A program made the translations under genes and the position numbers. Shown piece after piece: positions 34,115 to 35,438 of a DNA stretch of 35,438 nt (positions are counted from its first letter, which is position 1; every line of letters starts with the position of its first letter). Source of the DNA: Octopus sinensis (taxonomy: Eukaryota); contig NW_021831736.1 in NCBI RefSeq assembly GCF_006345805.1, positions 1 through 35,438 of the forward strand, written 5' to 3'. Below the pieces are notes generated by a model, which saw only the letters and a list, made by a program, of their open reading frames with translations, did no database searches and was not told the origin of the DNA.

Positions 34115-35438
34115 CCGGGTGGTGGACTAGTGTTGCTGGAATTGTGAATGGATTAGGGGGGGTAATGAGGTAGGCATTGAGTATGGGTTACTGGTAAGTT
34201 GTTTGTTAGAGTTGCTAGGGTGAGCTAAAGCTCATAAATGTATATAATTGATTTTTCATGATAGTTTTAAAGAATCCATTCATAATAAATTTTTTTTTAA
34301 GTAGCGTGGTTTGCTACGTGGAAATAGTTTTTAGTTCCATTTATTATATTCTCCATTCATACTATGAATGACGTTTACTTTCTATGGCCGCGTATTTTTT
34401 TTTACATTAGTTTTTCCATGGTAACGTAATTTTGTTTGGTTTTTTAACGGCTAAGAATCTAATTTCACTTCATAATTGTAACTGAATTGTAAGTAGTATT
34501 TGATTTATCCTTATGTCAATGTTATTTTTGATATTCTGGTTAATTACGATGTATTATTGTTGTTTTCATAAGAGTGTTTATGTATATGAGATTGGTTGTG
34601 AGGTTTAATTGTATAATAATTATTTATCTGTATGAGTGTGGGTGTAAATATTGTTGTATATACGAGTTTTAGTGAGTATGTATATGCGTATATGTGAGGG
34701 AGCATATGTATCTGTTGTGTGTGTGTGTTTTGCGTGGTGTGTGTTTGTGTGTTGAATGTGTATTTGGGTTTGTTATTTAGGATTTGGGATGTATGTGTTA
34801 ATTTGTCTGTGTGGGGGAGGGAGTGGTTTTTGTGTGTATATTGAGGTTATAAAGTTAGTATTGGTTTGTGTATATGTCTTGGGTCGTGGTTTACGTGTGG
34901 GTTTTTTGTGTGTGAATGTTTAGGTTAGGGGGATTGCTATATAAGTTTGTTATAGGTTTAGCAAAGGGAGATTTTATCGTTATATGCTTTTATGAGTTTT
35001 GGTTTATCATGGTTTTTTGGTAAATTCGTGGTATTTTGTCTATTTTAGGTGTTGTGTTATTTTTTTTACATTGTTTTCATTCATAATTTTTGAGTTGGTT
35101 CGTTTTGCCACGTGAATAACCGGGTGGTGGACTAGCGTTGCTTGGAATGTGAATGGAATAGTGTAGTAGTGAGGTAGGCATAGAGAATGGGATTGGGTTA
35201 CTGCAAGTTGTTTGTTAGAGATGCTAAGGTGAGTTAAAGCTCATAAATGTAATAATGTTTTTTTGTGGGTGTGTAAGTATTGTTGTATATGTCGAGTTTA
35301 GTGATATGTATAGGCGTATATGTGAGGGAGTATGTATCTTTTGTGTGTGAGTGTTTTGCGTGTGAGTGTGTGGTTTTGTGTGTGAAGTGTGTATATGGGT
35401 TTGTTATTATGGTTTGGGATGTATGTGTTAATTTGTCT
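34115..35438 (+). repeat. Inverted copy of the 31.8-32.7 kb arm, with the same ~630-bp period, running off the window
   Basis: 34770-35438 is the reverse complement of about 32054-32719; 34115-34255 is a more diverged copy of 35117-35255. Confidence 0.92.

Noticed and set aside
31700-35438. Mitochondrial insertion or control region, suggested by the strand bias
   Set aside because: No mitochondrial gene, tRNA or rRNA motif recognised; a nuclear-type HHR and (TA)n are contiguous with it. BLAST against the mitogenome would settle this.

Overview
Repeat-dominated, AT-rich eukaryotic DNA, most likely an octopus (coleoid cephalopod) intron or intergenic region; the species call is an inference from the tRNA-derived SINE families. 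No intact host gene is supportable, and almost all long ORFs in the track are microsatellite translations. The window holds many microsatellites, three tRNA-headed SINE families, a nested piggyBac-type MITE, Helentron-like elements, and relics of Ty3/Gypsy, maT/mariner and R4/Dong-type elements, plus several Penelope-like element (PLE) fragments (RT and GIY-YIG). The main unannotated signal is four minimal type I hammerhead ribozyme (HHR) motifs, found by eye, each in a PLE-like cassette next to a microsatellite. Together they carry three Watson-Crick versions of the tertiary 3-8 core pair: C-G at 10846-10921 and 31637-31679, G-C at 8539-8588, and U-A at 8679-8723. Each has a different self-complementary stem III, which suggests family-specific dimerisation. 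Other notable structures are a near-perfect double hairpin (27821-27933) and a large inverted repeat at the right end that predicts a mirror HHR just outside the window. All coordinates were counted by hand; none of this was computed or searched against databases.
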